64,000 bases of DNA from an uncultured bacterium (GTDB lineage Bacteria; Desulfobacterota_D; UBA1144; Nemesobacterales; UBA2774), in contig CAWGRW010000009.1 in NCBI GenBank assembly GCA_963825135.1, positions 704,001 through 768,000 of the forward strand. Reading direction: 5' to 3'. Positions 30,075 through 40,000 of the stretch are shown one piece after another (position 1 is the first letter of the stretch; each line of letters opens with the position of its first letter). The notes under the pieces were generated by a model. That model made no database searches. It had not been told where the DNA came from and saw nothing but the letters and a program-made list of their open reading frames with translations. Both the position numbers and the translations under genes were made by a program.

Positions 30075-31037
30075 TACAGATGTCGATAGTTCGTGCGATC
30101 CGTTCTGTTCCAGCCATTCGAGCATTCTGCTGACACTGCCGGTGGCCAGTGCGATGCTCGTATCCGCCGCGCCGTAATACATGCGGATGATGTCGCCGTC
30201 CGGCTCGATGGTGTAGCCGCAGGGAAAGACTACGTTGTCTACATCCCCGGGCTGCTCGTAGAGTTCTTCCGGGCCAAAGAACCATTCGTCGCTGCGTTTC
30301 AGGCAGAGCTCCGGCGTATGTAAATCAAACAGGGCCAGTCCCAGCCGGTAAATGCTGCCGCTCGCCGTCTGACGTACGCCGTGGTAAATCACCAGCCAGC
30401 CCTCCGGGGTTTCGATGGGCGGCGGCGAGAGGCCTATTTTATTGGCATCCCACCACGCGCCCCGGCGGGCTTCGAGCATCAGCTTGTGGTCGCCCCAATG
30501 TCGCAGGTCCGGCGAGTAGGATATCCACATGTGCGCGCGGGGGGCACTGACAGGGCGATGGATCAAGGCCCAATGGCCGCCAATACGATGAGGCAGCAAG
30601 GCCGCATCTTTATCCTCCGGCGACATGATCACTCCGTAGCGCTCGAAACTGACGAAATCTTCTGTGAACGCCAGGGCCACGCCAGGGCCGTCGCGTGTGT
30701 AGGCGGTATAGACAATGGCATACTTTCCTAATTCAGGAACGTAGGTGATGCGCGGGTCTTCGATACCCCAGAGTTCCTCCGGGTAGTGCTCGGGATCGGC
30801 CAATAGTGAAGGCCGGGGATCGATCTGCCAGTTGTCGACGCCATTTGCGGAACGGGCCACGCAAAAGTGGGAATGGCCGCGCCGGTCCTCCACGCGGCAC
30901 AAGAGCAGGGTTGTCCCGTCGGGCAGCAAGGTGGCGCCGGGATTAAAAACGCTATGGACCGGATAGGGCCAATCGGCCGCGGTCAAGATCGGATTGCGTT
31001 CGTGACGGTGAAAGAGTTTAAGGTATTTATTGTTCAT
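30072..31037 (-). CDS. GH130-family beta-mannoside phosphorylase/glycosidase
   Basis: NPIL, VFNPGA, GIEDPRIT, DKDAAL, IHRP, IYHGV, NVVFPCG, YYGAAD. Confidence 0.88.
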   Translation of the reverse strand: MNNKYLKLFHRHERNPILTAADWPYPVHSVFNPGATLLPDGTTLLLCRVEDRRGHSHFCVARSANGVDNWQIDPRPSLLADPEHYPEELWGIEDPRITYVPELGKYAIVYTAYTRDGPGVALAFTEDFVSFERYGVIMSPEDKDAALLPHRIGGHWALIHRPVSAPRAHMWISYSPDLRHWGDHKLMLEARRGAWWDANKIGLSPPPIETPEGWLVIYHGVRQTASGSIYRLGLALFDLHTPELCLKRSDEWFFGPEELYEQPGDVDNVVFPCGYTIEPDGDIIRMYYGAADTSIALATGSVSRMLEWLEQNGSHELSTSV

Positions 31038-32098
31038 TTAGATCGTGCCTCCAGTGTTAGTATAGTACCTTCGGCCAGGCGCAGCTCCAGCAGGGCCTGA
31101 AGAAAGGCCAGCGTAGACTCCGCGCCCTGATTCTCGTTCGGCCGGTCGGGATGCAAGCCGTCCCGGCAGCCGCCCGTCGTCGGATCGTAAACGGAAAGGT
31201 TCAAATCGTTGCGTCCGAGGAACCACTCGAAAGCACGGCGGGCTTCTTTGCGCCAGCGCTTGTCTCCGGTGATCCGGTAGGCTTCGAGGCATGCCGAGAC
31301 CATGGCTTGCGCCTCCACCGGCTGCTGATCGAAGCGGGCGCGCTCACCGCCCCGCTTATAGAAGCCGTTGGAGCCGATGGGGACGAAATGACCCCCCTGC
31401 GCGGCAGCGCGCTGCAAGTCGGCAAGCCAGCCGAGCGACTCCAGTCCTGCTTCGGTCATTTCGTTATTCGGTATCCATTGACCGCACATGAGCATGGCCT
31501 GGGGCAGCACTGCGTTGCAATAGGTCAGCTCATCTTCATACCAGCGCCATTCGTCCGAGCGGCAGTTTCGATACAAGGCCAGCAACCGCCCGGCCAGTTC
31601 TTCGCGCACCTGGCTGGCCCTGCGGTCACCGGCAAAGCGCCGCAGATACTCGTGGATGCCGATGAGCGCGAAGGCCCAGGCCCGTGGGCTGGTCGTGTCG
31701 AGAATGGCTGGAAGCGCCTGCTCGAACACCATGCCCGCCATGCTCCGGAAGGCCGGCATGTTGGAGCGGCCCAATACGGTGCACAACGCCCACAACGCGC
31801 GGCCGTGACTGTCTTCGGAACCGTTCTCCTCCAGCCAATTGCGCTGATAATCCAGAAAGTTGCGAAATCGTCCGGTCTCCGCGTTGAACGCATACCAGAC
31901 AAAGGCGAGATACCGGGAAGCCAGCTCCAGGGCCTCTTCGTTGCCCAGTTCTTCCAGGAGCGTGCTTACCATCAGAGCGCGGGCATTGTCGTCGGTGGTG
32001 TAGCCCTCGTGATAATTGGGCACGGTGAAAATGGCGTGCTGCAACATGCCGGTCTCATCCGTCATGTGACGCAGGTGATCGAGTTTGAGCGGAGGCAA
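31034..32098 (-). CDS. C-terminal helical (alpha/alpha-toroid-like) domain of a split GT4 fusion protein
   Basis: GMLQHA, GYTTDDNARAL, SEDSHGRALWAL, FDQQPVEA, CRDGL, NQGAESTL; joined to the upstream GT4 by a linker that carries two frameshifts. Confidence 0.75.
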   Translation of the reverse strand: MPPLKLDHLRHMTDETGMLQHAIFTVPNYHEGYTTDDNARALMVSTLLEELGNEEALELASRYLAFVWYAFNAETGRFRNFLDYQRNWLEENGSEDSHGRALWALCTVLGRSNMPAFRSMAGMVFEQALPAILDTTSPRAWAFALIGIHEYLRRFAGDRRASQVREELAGRLLALYRNCRSDEWRWYEDELTYCNAVLPQAMLMCGQWIPNNEMTEAGLESLGWLADLQRAAAQGGHFVPIGSNGFYKRGGERARFDQQPVEAQAMVSACLEAYRITGDKRWRKEARRAFEWFLGRNDLNLSVYDPTTGGCRDGLHPDRPNENQGAESTLAFLQALLELRLAEGTILTLEARSK

Positions 32099-32166
32099 TT
32101 CGACCTTCGTGGAGCTTCACTCTAAACCCGGGAGGGACGTAATGCCGGCGTTCCGCCCGGGCCCGT

Positions 32167-33306
32167 TCAAAGCTCTCCATGTACCGTCTGCGCCACCTGC
32201 GGCCAGATCATCTCCCGTCCAAAGAGATACGCCCGCTTGCGCATGGCGTGGCGCTCGGCTTCGTTGTCGAGCAGGTCGATCACTTGCTCGGCCAGCGCCG
32301 CCGGATCGTTGAACGGCACAAGCGTGCCGCGTCCGTCTGCCAGCATCTCTTCCGCATACCAGTACGGCGTCGAAATCACCGCCTTGCCCGCCCCGAGCGT
32401 GTAGGCCAGCGTGCCGGATACGATCTGCGCCGCGTTGAGATAAGGCGTGATGTAAATGTCCGCCGCGCTGATGAACTCGACAAGCTCCTCCAGACTGACA
32501 AAGCGGTTGTAGAAGATCACGTGATCTTCCACGCCTTTTTCCTGAGCCAGCCATTGCAGCGACAACCGGTAGGTTTCGCCCTCATGCTGCATAACATGGG
32601 GATGTGTCGCGCCGAGAATGATGTACACCACGTTCGGATAGCGCTCCACGATGTCGGGCAGGGCGGCGATGACGTTTTCGATCCCTTTGTTGGCCGAAAG
32701 CAATCCGAAACTGAGCAAAACGATCTTGCCCTCGACACCGAACAGGTCTTTGTGAAAACTCGGGTCGACAAACGGCAAATCGGGAATGCCGTGCGGGATG
32801 AGATCGATCTTCTCCGGCAGCACGCGATAGATCTCCCGCAGAAATTCCGCGCCGCGTTCGCTCATGACGACCAATCGATCGGACAGGGCGGCGACTTCTT
32901 CCAACACCCGCCGCTGATCGGGATCCGGCTCTCTCAAAATGGTATGCAGTGTCGTGACTATGGGCATGCGCAATTCGCGCAAGAAGGCCAGTATATGGCT
33001 GCCTGCCCGCCCGCCGAAGATTCCGTATTCGAATTGCAGGCACACCAGGTCGACATTGTTGATATTCAGGAAGTCGGCGGCGCGGCGGTAAGAGTCGATG
33101 TCCTTCTCCGTCAGTTCAAACCGGACGCGGGGCGGATAGGCATAGCCGCCTTCGATGTCGTTGACGGGCAGGGCAATGCATGTCGTATCCGCATATTCGG
33201 CAGCGATGGCCTCGCATAGATCGGTCGTGAACGTGGCGATGCCGCACTGTCGCGGCAGATAGTTGCCGATGAACGCAACTCGACTGATGGTTAAATGTTC
33301 TTCCAT
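32167..33306 (-). CDS. GT4 glycosyltransferase (N-terminal part of the fusion)
   Basis: PRQCGIATFT, QFEYGIFGG, FGLLSANKGIE, YITPY, SGTLAY, STPYWYA; ATG at 33306 with an AGGAG SD. Confidence 0.88.
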   Translation of the reverse strand: MEEHLTISRVAFIGNYLPRQCGIATFTTDLCEAIAAEYADTTCIALPVNDIEGGYAYPPRVRFELTEKDIDSYRRAADFLNINNVDLVCLQFEYGIFGGRAGSHILAFLRELRMPIVTTLHTILREPDPDQRRVLEEVAALSDRLVVMSERGAEFLREIYRVLPEKIDLIPHGIPDLPFVDPSFHKDLFGVEGKIVLLSFGLLSANKGIENVIAALPDIVERYPNVVYIILGATHPHVMQHEGETYRLSLQWLAQEKGVEDHVIFYNRFVSLEELVEFISAADIYITPYLNAAQIVSGTLAYTLGAGKAVISTPYWYAEEMLADGRGTLVPFNDPAALAEQVIDLLDNEAERHAMRKRAYLFGREMIWPQVAQTVHGEL

Positions 33307-33762
33307 AACGTGTATCTCCTTCCTATTACCCCTTATAACAATGTGCAATATAACAAAGTGCTATTTCCGGGCCAATTGGTACTAAATGGCAGTCCGCTAC
33401 CCCTGTAAGATCCAAAAATTTGGAATAGAGTGTTCTATATCTGGGAAACCGAAGTACAAAGAATTATAACATATATATATAATATGACCGCCCGAAATAT
33501 CGGACCGGGCAATTTGAAATGGAGCAACCGGCTTAATTCGTTAAGAAATCCGGTCAATATCGAAGAAAAATTTTGGATCTGTAATATATAGAATGTTGGA
33601 TCAGTAATGTATAGGAGGTTCGATGCAATTCAGTATGTTTCAGTATTTCGGGGGAAAGCAGAACTTAACACAGGATTGATTTATTCGCCCCGCAATACTT
33701 CTCAAGTCAGGTTTACTTTATAAACGACGATACGCTTACTCTTCCGGAAATCGCCTATACTC

Positions 33763-34174
33763 TCATAATTCCCTCGGCGTCACGTTCTCTCTAACCCATC
33801 TGACGATCTCATCCGTAGAAACGCCGGGTTCAAATATAGCTTTGACGCCCTTCTCCCTGAGATCTTCGATATCCTGCTTGGGCACAACGCCGCCGCCGAA
33901 CAAAGTAACATCCTGAATACCTTTCTCTTTAAAGAGTCTTATTATTTCCGGGAATATGTAGTTGTGCGCTCCGGAAAGAATACTTATCCCGACAGCGTCG
34001 ACGTCCTCTTGAACGGCCATTTCCACGACTACCTGCGGGGTGTTATGAAGGCCGGTGTAAATTACTTCATAACCCGCGTCCCTTAATGCCCTTGAAATTA
34101 TTTTAACTCCCCTGTCGTGACCGTCGAGCCCGACCTTCCCGACCAGAATCCTTATTGCTCTCTCATTTGTCCAT
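33763..34174 (-). CDS. Cobalamin-binding small subunit of acyl-CoA mutase (IcmB-like); extra base right after the ATG
   Basis: Reading upstream of the ORF-track start gives [15 protein letters not shown] (DxHxxG), GISILSGAH and GGVVP; GAGGG SD before ATG at 34174. Confidence 0.88.
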
Positions 34175-34208
34175 TATAATCCCTCGGTGTTTATACAGAT
34201 GACCGTAA

Positions 34209-35877
34209 TTAAAAATAACCCGGGTCCCTATAGACCCCGTACACTTCCCTGAATATATCGCATATCTCCCCTAAAGTCGCATATTCCCGCACGGCGTCGA
34301 TGATGGAGGGCATTAAATTATCCCCCCTCCGGGCAGCCGTCAGGACATTTGCGAGTCTTGCTTTCACGGCCCTGTTATTCCTGCTTCGTTTTCAGCCGTC
34401 TCAGCTTCTCACACTGACCCGTCTCTACAGCATCCTCGATTTTAAGGGTCGGTATCGAGACCTCTTCATCAGTAGAATATTTATTAACTCCGACTATCGT
34501 CTTTATCCCGGCGTCGAGCTCCCGCTGGTATTTGTATGCCGCGTCCGCAATCTCCTTCTGCGGAAACCCCGTTTCTATCGCCCTGATTATCCCCCCGAGC
34601 TCGTCTATTTTCTCGATGTATGCGAAAGCCTCCTTCTCTATCCTGTCCGTCAGGGACTCGATGACGTAACTACCGCCGAACGGATCGATTGAATTTACAA
34701 CCCCGCTCTCCTCGGCGATTATCTGCTGTGTCCTGAGGGCTACGGTTACAGCCTCCTCCGTAGGCAGGGCGAGCGTTTCGTCCATAGAATTCGTATGCAG
34801 GGACTGTGTCCCGCCTAACACCGCCGCCAGCGCCTGGATAGTCACTCTGGCTACGTTGTTTAAAGGCTGCTGCGCCGTAAGGCTCGCCCCCGCCGTCTGC
34901 GCATGGGTTTTCAATATCCAGGACTTCGGATTCTTTGCGCCGAAGCGCTCCCTCATGATCCTGGCCCACATCCTCCTCGCAGCGCGGAACTTCGCAATCT
35001 CTTCGAGAAAATCGTTATGAACGTTGAAGAAGAAAGACAGGCGCGGCGCGAACTCATCGACGTCGAGCCCGCGTTTTAAGCTTTCCTCCACATAACCGAT
35101 CCCGTCCGCGAGCGTAAACGCGAGCTCCTGTACGGCAGTGGACCCCGCCTCCCGGATGTGGTAACCAGAGATCGAGACCGGATACCAGTTGGGAACTTCT
35201 TTGGCGCAGAACTCTATGACATCTATAACTATTTTTACGGAAGGCTCAGGGGGTGATATCCATTCCCGCTGAGCGATGAATTCCTTTAACATGTCGTTCT
35301 GCAGCGTGCCCCCGAGCTTTCCCATGCCGACCCCCCTCTTCTCCGCCATGACGATATACATGGCGAACACGATTGAGGCGCCGCAGTTTATGGTCATTGA
35401 AGTCGTCACTTTATCGAGCTCTATACCGTCGAACAGGACCTCCATGTCCTGAAGCGAGGAAACGGAGACCCCTTCCCTGCCGACTTCTCCCCTCGAGCGC
35501 TCGTGGTCGGAGTCATAACCCATGAGTGTGGGCATGTCGAAGGCCGTGCTGAGCCCCGTCTGTCCCTGCCCGAGCAGATATTTAAACCTGCGGTTCGTGT
35601 CCTCGGGTGTCCCGAAGCCGGCAAACTGACGCATAGTCCAGAGCCGGCCCCGGTACATCGTGCTGTGGATACCGCGCGTGAACGGATAGGAGCCGGGGAA
35701 CCCCAATGCGCTCGTGTAATCAAAGCCGTTTAAGTCCTGAGGGGTTACGAGCGGCGGGACACTCATGCCCGATATTGTCGTAAAATCCTCTTCCCTTTTG
35801 GGAACGCTTTTATATTCTCTCTCCCAAAGCTCTTTTGCCTTCTTCAGCCTTTTCATGTCCATATTCTCAAAAGTCAT
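34209..35877 (-). CDS. Acyl-CoA mutase large subunit, isobutyryl-CoA mutase type (IcmA-like); apparent +1 frameshift near 34385
   Basis: [46 protein letters not shown]; the C-terminus [19 protein letters not shown] continues in a shifted frame to the stop at 34209. Confidence 0.9.
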
Positions 35878-36181
35878 CGACTACCTCTCAGCCAAAAATT
35901 AAATTTGTCCGCTAATCGCATGACCGCAACTTTAAGGAACATACCATCCGTATATTTCTGTTAAAGCAGCTTTGATTTAATGTAGAGTCCAATCCGAGAA
36001 CCCATCCAAACGGTTCCCGACCAAGTTACGCCGTCAGTTTATTGAACACACTCTCTTTCACACAAAAAGCGCGGATTTGAATCATGCGGCTCGTATCTGC
36101 AAATAATCTTTTTATCTCATTCCGCTTCCACAATTTTAACTACCCTCGTTTCCGACAAAGTCGGAACCCCGCCTAAATTAA

Positions 36182-36223
36182 TTCCTATCCTGTAAGGCCC
36201 GTGGAGACATCACAGGATAGGAA
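36182..36223 (-). terminator. 12-bp inverted repeat downstream of the adc-family gene, possible terminator
   Basis: TTCCTATCCTGT / ACAGGATAGGAA; the following U-tract is weak. Confidence 0.45.
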
Positions 36224-36321
36224 CAAGAGGCAATCTTGCAATGGGTCTACGACAAATGACTTTATTGGTTCGCTCCTCTATACAAGCCGGCTCCCAATAT
36301 AGCATCATATCTAAAATCCTG

Positions 36322-37305
36322 TTACAGCATCCCGCCCTGACTGTACATCGGAACCATGAAGCGGTGGCGCATGGTGTACTTGAACGGAGTGGAATAAAGA
36401 AGCGATCCGAAATCTTTCTCCGGGTCCCTATTCACAACCTTCGTCCAAATGGTCTTTGCCCCCGGAATAATCAGGTTGAATGTGAAGCTGATTATTCCCA
36501 CGACTTCCTTAGCCGGAATCTGGCCGCCCATATAATCGAACGGCGTGCCCTGCATAAACCAGGAACGGATATCTTTGCCCGTCGTCGTGCGAATGCTCGA
36601 TGCATCCATCATGAAGCGGTGTCCCGTCCCAAAGCCCGGCGGGAGATCCGACGGAAGATAAGTAACTTCATGTATGCTGTTTGTTACATCCGGTCTCGTG
36701 GTAATACGGTAATTCATGCGGCCCCAATCGGTCTTCCCGTAAAAAGCCGGTCTAGCTGAAAGAGGCTTGTCGGAATAACGCCCGTTAGCCGTATGGAGAA
36801 TATAGCCGCGCCTCTCCATAAGCATATTAAAGTAATTATTATTGAGTCCGTGTTCGTAGGCGGCTATATAAGCAGCCTTTTTCGGAAACCCGAACGGCTC
36901 CCTTCCCGCGGAGACACCCGAATCGTTTGAAAGGTACATATACGGATAATACCCCGCTTTATACGTCTCCCCGTCCTGAGCCTTTAACGAAGCAGCGAAG
37001 GTCACACCCATCTCCATATATGGCCCGATCATAGTATTTCTATGAATGACATACCAGAACTCGATTACATCGTCCTCCAGTTTCAGAGGCTCCGGGAGAA
37101 TTGCCTTCATATCCTTTTGATCGGCTCTGATGACGAATGCCATCCACCTGCTCTGCGTATACGTCAGCGGAATGATATCGTAGTCATACAAGGGGTCGGC
37201 AACACCCTGGCTTATGATGTGAATCCGGTCCCTGTCCAATGGCAGGGGCGGCACTTCGCCTTCCGCCAACCAAGGATTACTATATTCATTAGCTTGCAAG
37301 CCCAT
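36322..37305 (-). CDS. Acetoacetate decarboxylase superfamily protein
   Basis: LPEPL, GPYMEMG, AGREPFGFPKK (Schiff-base lysine motif); GAGGAGG SD before ATG at 37305. Confidence 0.8.
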   Translation of the reverse strand: MGLQANEYSNPWLAEGEVPPLPLDRDRIHIISQGVADPLYDYDIIPLTYTQSRWMAFVIRADQKDMKAILPEPLKLEDDVIEFWYVIHRNTMIGPYMEMGVTFAASLKAQDGETYKAGYYPYMYLSNDSGVSAGREPFGFPKKAAYIAAYEHGLNNNYFNMLMERRGYILHTANGRYSDKPLSARPAFYGKTDWGRMNYRITTRPDVTNSIHEVTYLPSDLPPGFGTGHRFMMDASSIRTTTGKDIRSWFMQGTPFDYMGGQIPAKEVVGIISFTFNLIIPGAKTIWTKVVNRDPEKDFGSLLYSTPFKYTMRHRFMVPMYSQGGML

Positions 37306-37349
37306 TTTACTTGTCCTCCTCATATATTATTCTGAACCCACCCTAGGCG

Positions 37350-37367
37350 ACTGAGCGTTCGTTCAGT
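37350..37367. promoter_or_regulatory. TetR-type palindromic operator upstream of the adc-family gene
   Basis: ACTGAGCGTTCGTTCAGT, just downstream of a minus-strand TTGACA-N18-TAATAT promoter; a tetR gene is adjacent. Confidence 0.6.
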
Positions 37368-37679
37368 ATTCCCATATTAGTCTATTTCAAATATCCTTGT
37401 CAAGTATTTTTGCGAGAAAATTTTAGATGCCAAATATGTTCTGTGATTACAGCTAGTTGTACATTCGGAGTCGTCGGATTCTTTATGCGGGAGGGCCGGG
37501 AGATAACGTATTGATCTTTCGACTCGGGTTATGTTTTAATGCCAAACCTGATTATGCGCTCAGTTAGGGCATACACGGAAACGCCCCGTCATCACGACCT
37601 CTCCGGGTATTCCGGTCATTGAAACTAACTGTAACCTGCCGGTATAAAAGAATTTCCGAGCCGTCTGTTTTAGGAGGGT

Positions 37680-38312
37680 CTAACTTGTTCCTGTAAGTTC
37701 TCTAAGCGCTAAGTAGCTCTTTGTTTCGATATACCTTTCAAGGGTATAGTTCTTTTGAAGCACCCAGCGTCTGAACGCCCACATCTGTCCTGTAACCATT
37801 ATATCGTTGGCAATGAGACTGACGTCCTTCTTGTCTACGGAAAATGCACCGTTTTCTATGCCCTGAGTTATTATTTCCTCAAAAATCGCAGTCATTTCTT
37901 CTTCCGCCTTGAATATGTACTTCCTGGACATATAAGGCAGGGATTTAGTCTCCTGATAGAGGAAAAGTATATAGTCCTGCATTTCATCGATAATCACATA
38001 GTAAGAACGTATGGCCCTTTCCAGGGTTTCCCTGGTATCACCGGTTATTTCTAAAGAAGGTCTGACCCTCTCGCTTACGCTCGTGTGTATGTAATCGCAA
38101 ACGAGATATAGTATATCTTCCTTGGTCCTTATATATTCATATAAAGTGCCTATGCTCATTCCGAATTTTTGAGCAATTTCCCTCACGGTCGTCCTGTGAA
38201 AACCCTTGCGTACAAAGATTTCCACCGCGGCCTTAACGATCTCCATCCTTCGGATTTCTATAAGTTGTTTATCCTTAACTTTTGACTCAATATGCTTTAT
38301 GGCTCTTTCCAT
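37680..38312 (-). CDS. TetR/AcrR family transcriptional regulator
   Basis: KGFHRTTVREIA, GTLYEYIRTKEDIL HTH; QMWAFRRW C-terminal motif. Confidence 0.93.
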   Translation of the reverse strand: MERAIKHIESKVKDKQLIEIRRMEIVKAAVEIFVRKGFHRTTVREIAQKFGMSIGTLYEYIRTKEDILYLVCDYIHTSVSERVRPSLEITGDTRETLERAIRSYYVIIDEMQDYILFLYQETKSLPYMSRKYIFKAEEEMTAIFEEIITQGIENGAFSVDKKDVSLIANDIMVTGQMWAFRRWVLQKNYTLERYIETKSYLALRELTGTS

Positions 38313-38412
38313 AGTAGTAATTGCTGCCCGGATCCATGATTATTAATGACAAAATTTAACCGACTGGTAAAAAATAACAAAATACGGGGGTTCCGCGGGA
38401 TGGAGAAATTGA

Positions 38413-38488
38413 TGGTGGAGCCGAAGGGGATCGAACCCTCGACCTCATGAATGCCATTCATGCGCTCTCCCAGCTGAGCTACGGCCCC
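38413..38488 (-). tRNA. tRNA-Ala (GGC), 76 nt, CCA encoded
   Basis: GGGGCCG acceptor stem with G3:U70, D arm GCTC/GAGC, anticodon loop ATGGCAT, T loop TTCGATC, ACCA end. Confidence 0.97.
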
Positions 38489-38593
38489 ACGAACCGGTAT
38501 TAATTTAAGTGCTCGTTCGTTTAAAGTCAAATAAAATAATGTATAATTTCTGGCTTATACTCGCTTTTGCCTCGATTATAAAGGAGAAATTTT

Positions 38594-39895
38594 ATGAAGG
38601 TGGTTAACGTCGGTCTCATCGGCGCCGGTACAGTCGGATGCGGGGTCATCGAGGTCCTGCGCAAGAACAGGGACATTATCGAAAAGCGTACCGGAATCAG
38701 GCTCAACCTTAAAAAAATAGCCGATATAGACCCTGACAGAAAAAGGCCAGTAAAAATCCCGAGAGACAGGATAACCAAGGACGCGAGCGAGCTCCTTGAG
38801 GACGCCTCCATTGAGATTATCATAGAGCTCGTGGGGGGAACGGGGATTGCGAAGGATTTCGTGATGGGGGCGATAAGAAACGGTAAGCACGTCGTTACCG
38901 CCAATAAAGCCCTTCTCGCGCACTACGGCAGAGAGATTTTCGGAGAGGCCGTGAAAAAGGGAATCGACGTCGGGTTCGAGGCGAGCGTAGGGGGCGGGAT
39001 TCCCATTATCAAAGCGATGCAGGAGAGCTTTGCCGCTAACAACATCCTTTCCATACACGGGATAATCAACGGGACGTCCAATTACATACTTTCGAGAATG
39101 ACAGAGGAGGGATCGGAATTCGCCGAGGTATTAAAAGAGGCCCAGAAAGAAGGTTACGCCGAGGCGGACCCTTCTTTCGACGTGGACGGGATCGATGCCG
39201 CGCATAAGCTCTCGATCCTGATCATGCTCTCCTACGGCATATTCATCAGCTTCGGAAAGATTCACGCGGAAGGAATAAGGGGGATCACGCCGCTCGACAT
39301 CGCTTACGCGGACGAGCTCGGATACAGGATAAAGCTCCTTGCAATCGCGAAGTCGAGAAATAACGGGCTTCAGGCAGGCGTATATCCGGCTCTGGTAAGA
39401 AAAGAAACCCAGCTGGCCGATGTATCGGGCGCTTTCAACGCGATATACCTGGTGGGAGATGCGGCGGGACCTGCGATGCTATACGGCAAGGGGGCCGGCA
39501 TGATGCCCACCGCAAGCGCAGTCGTGGGCGACGTGCTGCAGATAGCTAAGGACCTCTCCCTCGGGAACACCCATTCGTCCCCTCCCAGGTTTTACGGCGG
39601 TAAGGATTCATTCCCGCTTATTAAAATGAGCGATACGACGAATAAATACTATTTGCGGTTCCAGGCCGAAGACAGGCCCGGGGTACTCGGAAAAATTACC
39701 GGAAGCCTGGGGAAGCACGGGATCAGCATCGAGTCCGTTATTCAAAAAGGCAGACACCTGGGCGGAGGGGACGTTCCGGTGGTGATAATGACTCATGAGG
39801 CGCTGGAGAAAGACCTCCTGTCCTCGCTCAGGGAAATAGACAGGTTCTCGACGATAAGGGCGAAAACGACATTCATCAGGATAGAAGACCTTTAA
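38594..39895 (+). CDS. hom: Homoserine dehydrogenase with ACT domain
   Basis: GAGTVG, VVTANKA, FEASVGGGIP, GYAEADP, DAAHKL, DRPGVLG. Confidence 0.96.
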   Translation: MKVVNVGLIGAGTVGCGVIEVLRKNRDIIEKRTGIRLNLKKIADIDPDRKRPVKIPRDRITKDASELLEDASIEIIIELVGGTGIAKDFVMGAIRNGKHVVTANKALLAHYGREIFGEAVKKGIDVGFEASVGGGIPIIKAMQESFAANNILSIHGIINGTSNYILSRMTEEGSEFAEVLKEAQKEGYAEADPSFDVDGIDAAHKLSILIMLSYGIFISFGKIHAEGIRGITPLDIAYADELGYRIKLLAIAKSRNNGLQAGVYPALVRKETQLADVSGAFNAIYLVGDAAGPAMLYGKGAGMMPTASAVVGDVLQIAKDLSLGNTHSSPPRFYGGKDSFPLIKMSDTTNKYYLRFQAEDRPGVLGKITGSLGKHGISIESVIQKGRHLGGGDVPVVIMTHEALEKDLLSSLREIDRFSTIRAKTTFIRIEDL

Positions 39896-40000
39896 GATGA
39901 GAAGGCGGGCTGACCGTACGAGGGTCCAGGAATCCTTATACCGGTCAATCGGGGGAAACGACGGCCGCATTACAACCGGTTTTTATCGGCCGCCAATCCA

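Larger units (their letters stand above)
30031..38456. mobile_element. Putative relic genomic island at tRNA-Ala (no integrase seen)
   Basis: Flanked by the intact tRNA and its displaced 3' fragment; the GT4/GH130 part reads more GC-rich with different codon choices. Confidence 0.45.

Noticed and set aside
30031..30110. A second functional tRNA gene
   Set aside because: Only the 3' half is present; the 5' side is GH130 coding sequence, and the T loop and CCA end are mutated
19595..34400. Programmed frameshifting as a common cause of the malQ, GT4 and mutase disruptions
   Set aside because: No shared slippery sequence or stimulatory structure at the sites; assembly indels are the simpler explanation
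35878..36321. Cobalamin riboswitch upstream of the B12-dependent mutase
   Set aside because: No B12 box or conserved core found on the minus strand
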